This document shows positions 48,241 to 62,225 of a stretch of DNA of 64,000 nucleotides, one piece after another. Under the pieces are notes generated by a model. The model saw only the letters and a program-made list of their open reading frames with translations. It did not search any database and was not told the origin of the DNA. The stretch's first letter is position 1. Every line of letters begins with the position of its first letter. The DNA lies in contig NC_068982.1 of NCBI RefSeq assembly GCF_001194135.2, positions 7,523,934 to 7,587,933 on the forward strand, read 5' to 3'. The stretch comes from Octopus bimaculoides. Its lineage: Eukaryota. The position numbers and the translations under genes were made by a program.

Positions 48241-48975
48241 ATTATGTAGGATACTGTTAATGAAGTTCAGGTGATTAATCTCATCTAAGGCTCTAGCTAA
48301 ATCATAATGAAATAACTTTTGTGTTTTTTTTTTCGGAAGACCTTGAAGTCAGCAGTGCATACCATTAAAACGGTTGTTCATGTTATTAGCCGATTTAGTT
48401 AAAATTCAAGATAAATATTTAAGCCACACCGCTTAAAGTTGGACATTGTGCTGTGGAAATACTGTGATGCATTATATAACCTCATTACTTGTATATTTTT
48501 TGTGAAGTCTTTACCATGGAGTATAAAACGTACATATTCCAGCGAAATATTGTAATTATTTCCTTAATTAGAACTATTAGCCAGCAATTGAATCATTAGT
48601 TGAAACTTAAACAGATTAAATTATCTAGCCCTGCAATCAGAAATGCGACATCTTCTCGTTTAGTGTTTTATGACACTTAAAGTTTCAGTAACGGATGGAG
48701 ACAACTTTGGATAGTCTCATAGATAAAACAATTACATAATCTTCAGCGCATAAGTTTTAAAGATATTCACGGTAACGAATGGAATACGCATATGACTTAG
48801 TGAACTATTCGGTTGTCATTATTAGAATTTGAAGAACTCAACAGTGAAAATAAATGAAATACTCATCAATGATACACTACTCCCACTTTCATCGTATACA
48901 CCAACTGAATAAACTTGAACTGAGGTAGTAGCAGTAAAATATTTTTTTATTATTATTATTATTATTATAGATAAC

Positions 48976-49348
48976 TGTGGAGGCACAATGGCCCAGTGGT
49001 TAGGGCAGCGGACTCGCGTTCATAAGATCCCAGACTGGGCGTTGTGAGTGTTTATTGAGTGTTTATTGAGCGAAAACACTTAAAGCTCCACGAGGCTCCG
49101 GCAGGGGGGGGGCGAACCCTGCTGTACTCTTTCACCACAACTTTCTCTCATTCTTTCTTCCTGTTTCTGTATTTCAAAGGTCAGCCTTGTCACACTCTGT
49201 GTCATGCTGAATCTCCCCGAGAACTACGTTAAGGGTACACGTGTATGTGGAGTGCTCAACCACTTGCACGTTAATTTCATGAGCAGGCTGTTCCGTTGAT
49301 GGGATCAACTGGAACCCTCGACGTCGTAAACGACGTAGTGCCGTAGTA
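48976..49348 (+). mobile_element. SINE family C (tRNA head GGAGGCACAATGGCCCAGTGGTTAGGG; central domain recalled as Deu/Nin-like), 9-bp TSD
   Basis: Box A head; central gagaactacgttaagggtacacgtg..cacttgcacgttaatttc; atagataac at 48967-48975 and 49349-49357. Confidence 0.8.
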
Positions 49349-50360
49349 ATAGATAACCAAACGAAAAGAATGGGCGTTTGAACTTGAAGCGTTACTCGAC
49401 GGACCAATCGATATATTTCTACATTTTCTATTGTAACTGCCCTCTAGCGGTGGGGGATATACAAATAAATGTGAGTTTTAGGATGTTTTATTTATCTAAA
49501 AATTATAATTGTTGCATTGCTCATCAACACGTAATTGAACGTATTTTGACGACCTGCAGTTTTCAGTTTTCTCTACATTTATTTATACATGTTCCGTTAG
49601 TTTGCTAAATCTGTTTTTAGATAATATTACATTGTTTTGCGGTTGATTTCCAAAATAAAGTAATACTAGTTGACGTCTTATTAAGATAATTTATCGCAGA
49701 ATATTTCTTGCAAAAAATGAGAATATTGAACAAAAGCTAAAACTTATCCAACAAAATATATTTGCTCAAAAGTATCGAATTATCTCCTTGGATCTATCAT
49801 TCATACAATTCGATTATTCTTTCAGAACAATTTACAGATAGTAATAATCTCTATTTGATTCCTCACGCGAAAAATACTTCTCCGATCCCAGCTTATAAAG
49901 TCCCGTTCATATAATTTTATATAAGAGTAATCCCTTTTGAATCGTACGTTGTTTATCTTGTATTGTTGCTCCGTTGTTGTGTTGGAAACATACATATTCA
50001 GCTCATTATCCGGTTTTTTTTAATTTGGTTTTGCAATTATGTGTTTACAAATCAGTTTAGAAATTCTCCTGCTGGCCGATACACTGGACAATTTAATTAT
50101 GTTGTAGACAATGGATAATAACAAATGTGAGATCTTCATTCATACATGTGTGGGGGCGGAATTGTCTGTGTTGTGTGTATAATTGTAAGTATGTCTGACT
50201 ATACGTGTGTATGAGCGTACACATGGATGAGCATATGTGTGTGTGAGTGCGCGAGTGTCCGTGACAAAACTAAAGTACAAGTTACCTACACAACGGCAAT
50301 GAAGTATCTACTTACATCTCAACTTTGTTAATGGCTGAATTGTTTTATGAAGCAATCACA

Positions 50361-50495
50361 CAGCTGGTACTTATTTTATTGAGATCGTGAGGATACAAGG
50401 CAAAGTCGACCTCACCAGGATTTGGACTCAGAATGTAAAGCCGGAAGAAATTTCGATAGGCTTTTGCCCGACGTGTTAACTACTCCACCGGGTCC
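50361..50495 (-). mobile_element. SINE family A, partial degenerate copy
   Basis: ctggtacttattttat..aaggcaaagtcgacctc..actcagaatgtaaagccggaagaaa. Confidence 0.7.
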
Positions 50496-52063
50496 AAGAG
50501 TCAGCAGTGTACGTGAAAATCTTATATTTATCTTGCCTCGGTTTGGGTCCACTACACTGAGATGGAGTCGTAGACGCACTGTGGTAACATACGGTTGGTC
50601 TTAGGCATGACCTTCTGCAAAACCCTCTTCACATCTGAACGCAGCCGATTTCTCTCTGAAAGTCAGGAAGACAGATAGAAATAAAAAATGAGTAAATGTG
50701 TTTTATTTATGGACGCCGAAAGAAGGAAAAACAACATCTAAAGACACACCACAGAGAGCCGGAAAAGTTTCCACAAAGCAATCTGTTTGACTCTATAACT
50801 GACTGTCTTAAAAATTATTTCATCAACCCTGGAATTAAAAAACACAAAGTCGCCTCTCAATTGATTTGAACACAAAATGGAGAGTGATGTAGCTAAAACC
50901 GTGCGAAATCACTCTCGTATTTTCTTTCTACATTCTCTTGTCCTATATTACATTCAATAATAAATATTGAATCCTAATTTTAGCGAAATAGATTATTATC
51001 AATGTCATATATGTCATATATCAAAATGGGTGAATTTCTACATTGACAATTTATATTCATATGTATTTTAGCTATCCCAATTTCTTTTAATGCTAAGATA
51101 CTAAATGTTACACAATCAGCTCTCACTCTTTCGTTAGTTTATTTTATTATTTCTGGAAAACCGTCTGTTTTAAGAGCGTTGAGAATGGTTGTAGTAACTT
51201 TTATGCAGTTATCTTAGAGCATCGGCGGCTCAAATTAAGGATAATGGTTGCAGTTGGTAATTGAAGCGGTGTTGTGGTTTCAGCTTACCAGAATCATATC
51301 TTTCTTTCTATAGACAGTGCACCAGCTCCAAACTAGGTGAAACGGTTTTACTGGCACATTCTTTGAAACAGCGTGTGCACATTAGATATTCTGCTTTTAA
51401 ATGGCACTTCTCTTTCATAGGAAAATATTTATTGTACTTTTATAGAGCATCCGACATCTAAACATTAGCAATAAAAAAATGAAGACAAATAACAAGGATA
51501 ACTAATGTGCTCACGCATATTTTATCAGTTATATCGATCAAAATAGGTATCCAAGTGACAGTAAACATAACTATGGCAGTATATTTTCCTGCTGTCTTTA
51601 TAGTTTTTCAGTGGAAGGTAAATGCTATGTATGAGGCTGTAACATCATTGCACACAAATCGATATATACGTATTCACGTATGATACATGTGCATATATGT
51701 GCACGCGTATGTTTATATGTGCATTTCTGCATGCTGTGGTGCTATTATGTTATCTATGAATAATGTTTTATTCCGAAGATATAGAAAAAAACATTTTCTT
51801 TCCGAATTAAGCATAATATTCTTGTTAGATGAATTATATTACTCGGATATAAAGTTACATGAGTTATAGAAGTTTACGAATATATAACCCTGAATATTGT
51901 TGAAATTTAAAGAAATTGTTCCCGGTCATCGGTGTGATGTTCAGGAACTTGAAATTCGATTAACTAGATGAGAGCTGCCGGCTCTCATAGCCATGTATGT
52001 TGTATGTATACACAAATGAACACAAACGCACACATACACACAGAAACACACACACACACAGAA

Positions 52064-52116
<53 letters not shown>

Positions 52117-53148
52117 GTTTTCTACACCACCTGTCTTCGTCTTTTGTTTTTTTTTGTGAATTCTCCTTATATATATATATATACATACATGTGCACATAC
52201 ATACATATGGGGGTGTTGTGGTAAATTTAGAAGAAATTACGAAAGCTTTACTACTGAGAGTAAAATATAAAATAGTAGAGTCTTCCCTTGCTTTTTATCC
52301 CTATGTAATAATTTTGTTGTCATGAATTATTACATATTTTGAAAATACACTCTACATTTGTATATTGCTATACTACGGGGTGGGCACGCGCTGTATGCAA
52401 CTTTGTATGAGCGGTTGGCAGCAAATCTCACCAGCAAAGAAAGGGGCGAGTAATAAGGTTTTCGAAAAGAAAATGACAACATAATTGCCTATGAAATTCA
52501 ACGTACAAAATGTGTACTTCATTTTTCTTGGTAAGACAGACCGACCAGGATCGCACAAGCATAAAATGAACCTGCTTGCAGTAGAGAATCTTGGCCAGTG
52601 GTTCTCGCATATTTTCTTTTCTTGTGGATCCCTTGATTTCTGTTTCGCTGGAAAGGACTCTCATAAACATTTGAAGTTTAAAAGAGATCCTATTATATTT
52701 TTATCGATAAATATTATTAGGTATTGCATTAAAAAATGGTTAAAGTAGTTTTGTGTATTGTAGAAGCATAACCAATTTACCGCACATAAATTTCAACCCC
52801 AGGGTCATATGGACGCTAGTTGTGGATCGCTGACTGATCTAGGCGAAAGACACCGGTGACCAAGCTAGATTTCATACGGCTGGGGTATTTCATTTGCAAG
52901 TATTTCTAAAACTCTATGATTCCAGCAAGTGTAGGAATCAGTACAGACACTACAGAATTGTGTTTATAATGACCACCACCACGTTATTTCATTACAACTA
53001 CTTCTGGATTGTGTTATGACGGTCAATATTTTGTTTTCATTATAACCCCGTGATACACCTGTGCTTCAACACAACAATCACTATTACAGAATAAAAAAAC
53101 TCTTTTTTTCTTTAAAAACCAAATGCTTGCCATGATATTACAAACATT

Positions 53149-54854
53149 AGGGGAAGCTTGGGATGGTTGAGTCATTTTTTACATTTCACTATGATACGGA
53201 CTCTCTGTGCATAAGAAAGAATTCTTTATCAACTTGTAGCATTCATAGACTTGTAACGTATATAAATGCCAGGCATATAGTTTCAAATGGGTGTAAACTA
53301 AAACAACGCGAGCATGCTTTTTAAAGGGTAGTGACTTAACCCAACCCTCCCAAGGGGTAGTGAGATTAGGGACATGTATAGGGGTGAGTTGGGACATAGG
53401 GTCCTTGGGATAAGTGATATTTTAATTGATTGTACGATAAGATGAAACACTTACATAACTGCATATAAATTTTATTTTGAAGCATTGAGAACTCTTTGTT
53501 CAACATTCGGATTAGCAGTTTCGGTGGAAGTTGTTGGTTCCTGTGAAATGTTGGGTGACTCAGACATTGAATAAGAAACTGGTGTTTCTTTAAAACTTGA
53601 TTGGAAAACATCTGCTTGGTATTCATAAGATGATATTGGAATATCTCGATCTATTACTACTGCAGGCGCAAACTCTGTCTCGCAGAACATATCTTGGTTA
53701 AAGGGATAAATTCCCGTTCGTTGAAATCCAGAGATAATATTTTGAGCAGTATGACCATGTATCTGAGTATGTGAAACAAACTCAGGAATGTCATATATTG
53801 TAATCGATTTTCCGGGGTAGGAACGCAACCAGTCATCAACCGCTCGACTATATGCCGTCTTGAATGGCTTATGGCAGCTCACATCCAATGGTTGGAGCTT
53901 GTGGCTCGTGTGAGGTGGGATTGTTAATAATATCACCCCATTTTTTGTGTCCAAGTCAATAACTACTAGAAACACATGAGTTTCGGGATTGTCCAAAATT
54001 AACAACACCTCTTTGTTGCACCTGGTGTAAGCTACAAAGTGTTTTAAATAAGTCACAAACAAATCTTCATTACTCCCTTCACTGGAATTGGCTCCTCCGA
54101 TACATCCTGTAGAGTCACCTTTGATAAAATAATCCCTATAGTTTTTTCATGGGAAGATCAGTAATGGTGGAACAACACTTCATGCTGCATTAGCAGAATA
54201 CACAACTGTTACAAGTCCTCCTTTCTCACCGGAAGTTATAGATCCTACTTATTTCACTCCGTGTGCAGCAACAACATTTTCAGGTTGCTGCACAGTTGTG
54301 CACCCGGTTTCATCTGCGTAATAAATGTTATGGCATTCAAACTTGTGCAGATCCATAACACTCTTTAAGTTGTCGTAAAACTTGCTAACGTTTTAGCGAT
54401 TGAACACACTTGCTCTAGCAAGAGATGTAGCCTCTGGTGTTTGAATTGCTAGATGGTATCTTTCTTTAAAGGATTTTCAAACATGCTCGCCAGTCATTCC
54501 GTTTTGTTGCCAAGACTCGGAGACCATAACAGTATTTCTTAATGCATATTCCACTATCAACTCACGCCATTTATTTCTTGTGAGTCCGTGGAACTGCTCG
54601 ACTAATGCGTTTATGTGAGTCGATAACTCATCTTCCATCTCTGATAAAAATGTCGTATTTTTTATCCAGCAATTTTTATACCCAAACACTTCGTTTCGCT
54701 GGTCATTTTGTCGATTGCATTTGTCTATATATCTTTTAAAGTGTCATTCTTGCTATATTGAAATCTTTAGCACAGATACTGCATCCTTCCTTGACGCAAT
54801 CTCTGGCCCTACTTAAATCGTCCTCTGCAGCCCCACGATTGATTGTCCGGACAT
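53149..54854 (-). mobile_element. Near full-length decayed pogo-superfamily transposon (HTH_psq-like, Tc5-type HTH, DDE_1)
   Basis: From 54854: RTINRG..RARDCVKEG..IARMTL; EMEDELSTHI..FHGLT..RELIVEYA; TPEATSLARA; IYYADETGCTTVQ; TSGEKG; LILDNPETH; IPPHTSHKLQPLDV; IISGFQRTGIYPFN. Multiple stops and frameshifts. The left end is tentatively TA|GGGGAAG at about 53149. Confidence 0.85.
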
Positions 54855-55264
54855 AATTCCGAGGCGTCTGAAAAAGTCAATACATGCGCAAATTTTAGCC
54901 AGTATAAGGTCAGGTAGATCAAAATTTAATCCTTTACATTGAATTGAAGCCCTATACAGTTTAGCTTCAAGGCACTTAAACTCGAAAGCAAACACAATTC
55001 ATTAACAGCTACCAGAGGTTTTGCTGTTTATCAATTTAAAGGTTTAGCCATGTCACACTGTAACGCTGATTCATGAGAATTACGTTCTGGATACACGTGT
55101 CTGTAGAATGGCCGGCCACTTACACGTTAATCAGCTGATCGAACAAACTGAAAGGTCGAAACTGGCTGATATAGATACATATAGATGCACAATCACACAC
55201 ACACAAACACACACACATTATATGATACATACACATACACACATACATATGTATGTATGTATGT

Positions 55265-55331
<67 letters not shown>

Positions 55332-58300
55332 TCCCATCATTCACTAACACCTTTCAAACAGTTATCAGCGTCAACTTCTCCGTATAAACTGAGTTGCTTA
55401 AAAGACTAAATAATTGATATACTGAAATTCATGCGTTGCCGAAAAGCCCCTTGGAAGTAAAAATTACTCAGGTTATAAATCAAAACCAGACCACAGCTTC
55501 TTCTTAACGTAAGCTTAACTCTGTCCAAAGGATCCTGTATTCCTTCCAAATTAGATATATTGTTTTTTCACTATGCATTAATGTTGGAACACTGCTCAAC
55601 TCTCCCATACATAGCTGTCCGAACTCTCCCCCATTCCCTTCCATCTGAACTTCATGCATCATTCTAACTTTAACGTTAGTCACATGGTTTTTCTTAACGA
55701 TCGCATTGATAGAGAAACGATATAGGTATATGTCAAAATACATTCAATCAGAATGCTGCATACTACTACAGAAATATGAGCATGCTTACGTTTTGATATA
55801 AAAAATTGGGGTTTCTTTTCGAAAAATAACTGTTTAAACAGCTTATACCTGTTAAATGTATTAGATCTAAAGAAACATTTCTAAAAATGCTTCGAATAGC
55901 TGGCAGTAATTACGTTTTATAATTTATAGATTTAAGAAAAATTGTTGTAGCTCAGCTCTCACAAGTTTACACACATGCTCAACCATCTTCCCACCCTATC
56001 CCACCTTACCCACACACTAACACACGTCTGTAGCGTAGACATCCACGCACTCATACATCTGGTATACCTACCAGTTACCTGTCCAGCCAGGTAGTTGAAG
56101 AAATTTTCCTTCTTAATGCATCTGGTGTCGCTCGAATATTGGTCTCACTTCTAACAACACCATGTGACTCGCCTTGACCAATAGCATCGGAGTTACTGGT
56201 GGCCATTTTCGACTTCCTGCAGCTTCCAATCCGTTAATTAAGCCCGACGAACTTGATTTTCGTAAGAAGCCAACGAATCTTTAAGTCGCATGTATGTATG
56301 TATTCATACTTACACAAAGTTATGAATAATTGAAGAACAAAAAACGTCAGGCAGAAAACGAAAGAATATATAGTTTGCCCTCATCAGCAATCATGCTACG
56401 GATTTTGTTTGGTTTGTCTCCTTGTAATTGAACCGTCACCTCATTGTCGTTAACAACAAGCTATGCAATAGTTAGGTAATTGATACAAGCTCAGGCAATA
56501 CCTATAAACAGGCAAAGCATAGTGATTGGGACGGAAGTGATGGAGGACATAGCGGAAGTGGGTTTAAGAGTATTGACTGGCGCAATAATAAGAAGGACGG
56601 TTATATTAACTATAACAACCGCAGTATGAACCTCAGTGCTATCTTTCATTCAAGGGGCATATCCTCTTTTTAAAAGCCATACACCGTTTAGAAATCTTAT
56701 GATGTTTGACAAAATTTGAGGTTTCGTACACTCAAAGTTAAATTCTTTGGCAATAGCTCTTATTTGTAGTCTAGGTTTCTCTGGCTGAAATTTTTAACTG
56801 ATGTTTTGTATAGAAACATTAAAAATGTTTTTTCAGTTACAAGTTTTGAAATACTTCCATATCTATACGGAGTGTGTATATTGAGAGAATTACCTCCCTC
56901 GATATTTCATACCATATGGGCTATGTAGCTCCTCGCCAAGAAAGATTCTTTATATGGTATACTACACACACACGCCCAAGCAAAAAATTTAATTAGGAAG
57001 AGTACCCCCTTCTCCGGAAAATATCACTGTACTCTCCCCTAACCCTCAACCTTACCATAAAGGTATCAATTGAACTTCCCTTTTTTGAAATTCCCAGAAG
57101 GCCAGCCTTGTGTGTTTTGATCAATGAATTATGGAGTACCAATTTTAATCAAAAAGATGAGCAAAAAAGGAATTTCAATTGAATACTACTTTTGGTAGTA
57201 TTTCGTAATACTAACTATTAGTAGTCCTTAAAATCTTGTAATTGAAAAAACACTTTTAAGGGAACTTTTAAAAAAGTTTTTATTTTTTGCTAACAGTTAG
57301 CCATTAAATTTATTATCCGTGTTAATTTTTTTAATTTAGTGTAGATAATAAAAGCTATTATTTTTAGCCTTTAAATCTAAGTATGTTTTTGAATTTTAAC
57401 TATAGCCGCAATATTTTAAGCATAAACATGTTTGACCTGTACTTTTTCTGTTGTGATAATTTGTCCTGTACTTTTCCGGGTTTAATAACTTAGGAATTCT
57501 AACCTGCACATGTCCGTATTTTTTATTGTAACAAATATTTATATTAATAGGCCCAATTTACACAGAACACAATCCACCAACATTATTATGAATCGCCGAG
57601 CCCCCCAGAAACAGCTGTAAGACTTATAACACTTTCATTTTCACACCTTTAATTTTTTCTGTCGTTTGTAGTCTGTATAAGTTGAACCTATTAATATAAA
57701 TATTTATAAATCTATACTTAAAAATTCATCATCTGAAAGTTTCTACCTTTTACTTTCTCTCGTTTGGCATGTATACATATATTCATATTTTGCATTTGAT
57801 GTATTTAGTATATTGAAAAATATTTGTTGTGTCTAATTTGTTTATCCGTATAATTGCCTCTATATCCGTTCAACCTGGTCTCTCTTATAGTCTTTCTTTA
57901 CTTTGTGGAATGATTTCCTGTAGAGGGGAATATATAGAAAATACTTACTAACGCTATTTCACCAAGGACCAAGTGAGCAGGACAAAGAGTGGCAATGAGG
58001 GGAACGCAAGTGAGCAGACGATAATTGAAATAAACAGATAGAACTCTGAGATTTAATGTACAAAATATATATACATAGAAAAAGAGAAAAGATACTCAAA
58101 ATAGCCAAATATATATATATATATATATATATATANNNNNNNNNNNNNNNNNNNNNNNNNNNNNNNNNNNNNNNNNNNNNNNNNNNNNNNNNNNNNNNNN
58201 NNNNNNNNNNNNNNNNNNNNNNNNNNNNNNNNNNNNNNNNNNNNNNNNNNNNNNNNNNNNNNNNNNNNNNNNNNNNNNNNNNNNNNNNNNNNNNNNNNNN

Positions 58301-59659
58301 NNNNNNNNNNNNNNNNNNNNNNNNNNNNNNNNNNNNNNNNNNNNNNNNNNNNNNNNNNNNNNNNNNNNNNNNNNNNNNNNNNNNNNNNNNNNNNNNNNNN
58401 NNNNNNNNNNNNNNNNNNNNNNNNNNNNNNNNNNNNNNNNNNNNNNNNNNNNNNNNNNNNNNNNNNNNNNNNNNNNNNNNNNNNNNNNNNNNNNNNNNNN
58501 NNNNNNNNNNNNNNNNNNNNNNNNNNNNNNNNNNNNNNNNNNNNNNNNNNNNNNNNNNNNNNNNNNNNNNNNNNNNNNNNNNNNNNNNNNNNNNNNNNNN
58601 NNNNNNNNNNNNNNNNNNNNNNNNNNNNNNNNNNNNNNNNNNNNNNNNNNNNNNNNNNNNNNNNNNNNNNNNNNNNNNNNNTATGTATATTTGATTGTTT
58701 ATCATCTAAAAATTTTGAGTTTGCATCCTATTTTTACATGTATATATGTATATATATTTTGTGCATTAAAACCAAGATTTCATTGTCTTTCTCTCTCTCT
58801 CTCTCTCTCTGTATATATATATATATATATATATATGAAAACCTTTAAACGTTGACAATGATAGATGCTAAAATTAGTAGCTTGTCTCAACCTTTTAGAA
58901 TTATGAATATTTAATCTCAGTAGTTAAAAAAAATCAACCAATTAATTAGGCTAGAAAATAAACACAATTTTGTAAGCTATAAGGTTTATACACTACTATC
59001 TATAATTGCGGCCTATTAGACCACGTTCAATTAGTTTACTCATAAAAACATCTCTTTAAATATAAAACAGTTTGTTTTTACTATTTTTGCTTAAATGCTA
59101 TTTTGTACTTATAAGAATAACAGATGTTTTGTGAAAGATATTAACGTTGCAGACAATAAATCGTAAATGCTGAAAACTTTAGATGTTAAAACAATTTTCT
59201 GAATCGTTATACTGCATCAGCAGTAACATTAATCGCTTCATCGTAATAGAATTGGACAACGTAATTTTATTTTAAATAGCGTCAAGATATTTCAGAAATA
59301 TTCTCAATTTAAGCAGCCTAAATATAGATACATAATTTAAAAGAGAAATAAAATGAAAGGAAATTATAAAACAAACTTTCCTTTTTATATCTAACTTATC
59401 CGTTCGAGGGAACTAACTTGAAGATACAATAGAACAGCCAATGCGATAAATAATAATAATTATTATTATTATTAGGTTGTTTGGTTTTTAAAATTCCAAA
59501 GAAGACTTACACCACACCATATTCCGCTTTATATTTTAGACTTTCGGGTAGGTCACAATAATCATATAATAAATCGAATCCTTTCCAGTACACTGCGCTT
59601 TACTCTATCATTGTTATTGAGTTTGTATGTTAGTGTACCTGCGTGCCAGCCTGTACGTT

Positions 59660-59887
<228 letters not shown>

Positions 59888-60699
59888 CGTATTTTCAGAT
59901 TATACACACATACACACATGTATGTTTGTCGTTTTTCAGTTTTATTTCAAGATTTCTTGCCAATAGCGAAACAGCCGGTTTCTAACCTAGATCAACGGTT
60001 TCTTCAGTGGAATTGCAACAAAATCAACAAGGTATGTATGTACGTATGTTTGTATGTATGTATTCCGATGGATATAGTTGCATATCTAGACACACTCATA
60101 TATATTTAAATGATAAACTTCTAGAAAGTTTTACAGGTTTTTACATGTCCAGTGATGGATTGGATCTGTAGTCTCCGAATTATCTTTCTCCTATCTGGTT
60201 TTGTGAAACCTAATTTCTCAAGATTGGTATTTAATCAATGGTATTTAGGCATGTCTTCTCTCTCTCTCTTTTACTATTTTAAAATACTGTATACCTTGAA
60301 TTACGAATTGATGTGGATAAATGAAGGTAAATACATTTTAAAGTTTGTACATGTTTTCACAAAACATGGAATATATAGCTGAAGATCGTAGTATGTACTT
60401 ATTTAAATTAAATTAAGCTTTTAAAATTGATTTATTAAGTTTGTACATTGAACGTGAAACTAGTTTTGTATTGACCACGCTGACTTTGAAATAGACTTCA
60501 TTCATCTCGCTCGCCTTACGTCATTTTCGTATCAAGGAGAAATGCCCGTTTTATTTTAAAACAACGGCCATCAACACATATTGAGTTTTTTTAACTTCTC
60601 TTCTCCCTCGCTCTATATATTTAGATATATATATATATGCATCTGTATGTTCGTTATTTTTTATTTTAAACCTTATTTTCCTTCAACAGCTTTAAGTAA

Positions 60700-61170
60700 T
60701 CAGTCAATGATATATTCTCCTTCATTGTTCATAACTTTTTGTCAACGTTTCACTATCCTGTAAACACCTTGATGGCAGAAATCACGGTATTTGGGCTCGA
60801 AGAATTTATCGGGTCACATTTTCAGCTCCACGTTTTTTGTTGAACAAATCGTCTCGATAAGTGTTGGAAAAAGGCAGTAATCTGAAAATATGGTAATAAT
60901 ATGAAAATATGGCGGGTTTGGTTAAACTTCCCAGTCGAGCTTTTGAATAGCTTTTTGGATCAAATTAACGACGTTGGAGCGAGTCATGTCGCGTTCGTGT
61001 CACTGGTCGGCCGATTCCGTTGGTTTGTCCATCAAGTGAAGCTGACGGGCGATGGTATCACGAGAGCATCCTGTCTGTTGCGCCAATTCCCGAGAAGATT
61101 GGCATTAATACTCGTAAATGCGCTCGTTCAGTCGGTCCTCATTAATCTATGCACATGAACATCACAGGGC
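60700..61170 (-). mobile_element. Internally deleted mariner (DD34D, Mos1/HsMar-like) transposase remnant
   Basis: INEDRLNERIYEY*CQSSRELAQQTGCSRDTIARQLHLM, then after a deletion QKAIQKLDWEV*PNPPY..SDY.LF..FFEPKYRDF..QKVMNNEGEYIID*. Confidence 0.78.
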
Positions 61171-62151
61171 ACAGTTAATTGTCCAAACTTTATTGTTAAT
61201 TTTTGGTTTCGTCTGAGGTTATGATGTAACTAATCAGGAATTTAGGAATTAATTAGAGCTCTTCGAAATGAGTATGATCGAATATGTAGCAAACACAAAT
61301 AACATTACTATTGGCTGGATTGCTATAGGGATCATCCAAAAGGTGTCACTAGCTTCCGTTTCCACAAGCGTCGCTGAATGCTTTCCTTTTGATCAACACG
61401 CATCTGGAATAAGAGAGTTTCCATGTACCATTGGAATTCAGGCAGTAATAATGAGATAATGATGTCTTTATTTGTCACATAGTCAACTATATCACCCGCC
61501 GCCTCAAACAGTCCTAAGAAGGGAATTGCAAAAGCACCACTTCAAAAGTTCACCTAATATTTGTCTGAACGAACATATAAACTACACGTAAACATCGGTA
61601 TATCCGTTAAATGAATCAACGACAAATTCCTTAATAACTATAAACAATATGAGCTCACCACCATATCCTGAGAAAGTATTTCAGTTATACGGCTATAAGT
61701 TTTTGGGGGGTTTTTTCCCATTTAGTTTCTCCAGTTTGCTGATCTTGCTTTAGATTACTAAATTACAGAGAGTAAATCGGTACTCGTGAAGTGTTTCCTC
61801 GCCTCAAACTGTTGTCAAAAGAAAAGAGAAATGCCTGCAAAAGATTTGACTTGTTTTCTCATCTTGACTAAGATCCGAGTTGTATTGACCTGGCGACGGA
61901 TTAAATATATCACTTGATAAAAAGTCTGTCTAATGCGCTTTCACAGTTTCCATCTAGTGAATTTCACTGAAACTGTTTTGTTTTATTTCTGGATCACATC
62001 TGTGCTTTGGATTGAGCACCTATAACTGGAAGAGCCCTCCAAATATCTACGTTATGACTTGCAATAAATCATTAACAATATCATCTTAAATTCATGCATT
62101 CACCTTTTTCTTGCTAATTTCAGCTTACGTTGTGCGTTGCTTTTTGGTTTG

Positions 62152-62225
62152 TCATTTCCTGCAAACTAATGACAGATTGGATCTTGTTGATCATTTCCTG
62201 CAAACTAATGGCAAATTGGATCTTG
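62152..62225. repeat. 39-bp-period tandem duplication
   Basis: tcatttcctgcaaactaatg(a/g)ca(g/a)attggatcttg starting at 62152 and 62191. Confidence 0.9.

Noticed and set aside
57038-57058. ccctaaccctcaacctta telomere-like motif
   Set aside because: Only 2-3 imperfect units; more likely part of an unidentified DNA element than an interstitial telomere.
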